Of a stretch of 64,000 nt of DNA, positions 62,689 through 64,000 are shown in pieces. Below the pieces are notes generated by a model that saw nothing but the letters and a program-made list of their open reading frames with translations, ran no database searches and had not been told where the DNA came from. The DNA is from Candidatus Moraniibacteriota bacterium. GTDB taxonomy: Bacteria > Patescibacteriota > Minisyncoccia > Moranbacterales > GCA-2747515. The translations under genes were made by a program, and so were the position numbers. Location: positions 55,233 through 119,232 of the forward strand of contig JBBQZC010000002.1 in the NCBI GenBank assembly GCA_038208115.1, given 5' to 3'. The stretch's first letter is position 1. Every line of letters begins with the position of its first letter.

Positions 62689-62772
62689 CAAGATACTACA
62701 AAAAACATCCTACAAAATTGTAGGATGTTTTATACATCATCATACGTAAGAGAAGACAGCATTAATTGCATA

Positions 62773-63186
62773 TCATTCCTTTGTGCCTCCACGTGGACCG
62801 TTTTTCATATCATCTGACATACATATCAACACATCCCCACCACGCATGTCCACTGTGCACGTGCCCATCATCGTGTGTGTTACTTCCACTGTTGTGCGCG
62901 TCACTTCACATGCTTCACCTTCTATTTTTTCACTGCATGCATCAATCAGCTCAGTCGGCATATTTTTATTTTGCAAACCCTCACCATTCATATTGCCTTT
63001 CTTTTGTTCATTTGTCCTTGTGCGATCTTGCGTTTTTTGCGAAGACTGCACAGAAGAAGTTCCATCTGTACTTTGTATTTTTTCTGCAGTACCGTCAGTA
63101 CATCCCGTAAGCAAAATCGTTACACCACACAGCGCCATCATGCCAAAAAATGACATTGTATTTTTTTTATTCATCAGTTTAATCAT
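62773..63186 (-). CDS. Lipoprotein with a 4-Cys domain
   Basis: Lipobox LTG-C; AC.EK.EGEAC...GTC...C; terminator at 62701-62731. Confidence 0.75.
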   Translation of the reverse strand: MIKLMNKKNTMSFFGMMALCGVTILLTGCTDGTAEKIQSTDGTSSVQSSQKTQDRTRTNEQKKGNMNGEGLQNKNMPTELIDACSEKIEGEACEVTRTTVEVTHTMMGTCTVDMRGGDVLICMSDDMKNGPRGGTKE

Positions 63187-63248
63187 TTATTAAAATTTAC
63201 ACGTGAGAGAAAATAGACACATTACCCATTAATTCTCACTATTAATCA

Positions 63249-63277
63249 TATACGCAATTTGTGAGTCATTGTTTGCA
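63249..63277 (-). promoter_or_regulatory. ECF sigma-type promoter
   Basis: TGCAAAC-N16-CGTATA. Confidence 0.65.
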
Positions 63278-63282
63278 TTTTA

Positions 63283-64000
63283 TCACAAAACATTTTCATT
63301 GATTTCATCCGGCAACGGCACGGTTAACGACGGTGCACGTGTACGTCTATTTTTAAGATGAGATGGCAATGGGCGAACAAATTCAGCATAAAAAGATTGC
63401 TCTCCCGTTTTTTTGCCAATAAATTCTGCAAACATACCACTGTGCAATTCCTCTAGAAAATCAAACTTTGTTTTGTGATCATAAGTAACAATCCACTCCT
63501 CGTCATTTAAATTCACGATCATGATTTGATCTGTGGACACATCTACAACCTCTCCCGCCATCATACCATCACGTGGTCGTGACCATCGATTGTGTGCGGG
63601 AAATGTGACGTCTGAGAAATGTGCATTACGCAACATGCGTTTTTCCACGTGTTGATTAAATTTTGACAAATGCAAAACAGTTCCCAACAAGGCAATAATT
63701 AAAACAATTACACTTGAAATAAAAATTATACTCAAACGATATCCCTTGCGCGTCCTGCGCATCGCAAGGTAACCTGTGCCAAAAGCGATGACAAGCAAGA
63801 TGAGCCATAGATACGGTGCTGTCATCATCAGGATTCGCACATACTGACCGATTCCCAAGCGAAAAAGAAATTCTGGCCGGACATCCAGGAGGTTGGGTAT
63901 GAGCAATGAAAAACTAATTGCTCCAAAAAGCATAATCAAAACCCACGCACTCCAAAAAAGATAATTTTTCCAATGCACTCTCATATGTGATTGCGGCATA
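63283..64000 (-). CDS. Membrane protein with C-terminal OB-like domain, possible anti-sigma factor (5' end beyond the window)
   Basis: 3 TM, then a GEVV...W.V....T...G..VEFIG beta domain. Confidence 0.55.
   Translation of the reverse strand, partial: MPQSHMRVHWKNYLFWSAWVLIMLFGAISFSLLIPNLLDVRPEFLFRLGIGQYVRILMMTAPYLWLILLVIAFGTGYLAMRRTRKGYRLSIIFISSVIVLIIALLGTVLHLSKFNQHVEKRMLRNAHFSDVTFPAHNRWSRPRDGMMAGEVVDVSTDQIMIVNLNDEEWIVTYDHKTKFDFLEELHSGMFAEFIGKKTGEQSFYAEFVRPLPSHLKNRRTRAPSLTVPLPDEINENVL

Overview
AT-rich bacterial chromosomal region using genetic code 11. Gene content (SD-less housekeeping genes, a giant S74-chaperone surface protein, tandem GH130s, DKNYY and VWA membrane proteins) suggests a Patescibacteria/CPR genome, possibly Parcubacteria/Moranbacteria-like; this is inference. 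Contents: dnaJ with a CIRCE operator, typA, rsgA, isolated purE and purD, an mqo-like gene, dsbB, RND/ABC/MacAB exporters with MarR/CsoR regulators, two sensor kinases, three VWA surface proteins, several pseudogenes and an internally deleted IS481 element. I saw no rRNA, tRNA or CRISPR array. Best hunt result: about nine scattered single-gene units share one leader layout (sigma70 promoter, boxA-like TGTTCWTT motif, strong Shine-Dalgarno, usually their own terminator), which the housekeeping genes lack. Also notable: a three-promoter ECF-type regulon (TGCAAAC-N15/16-CGTAT), near-identical purE/purD promoters, VWA plus repeat-protein pairs and a lipoprotein ferredoxin. All calls come from reading the sequence by eye; no database searches were run.
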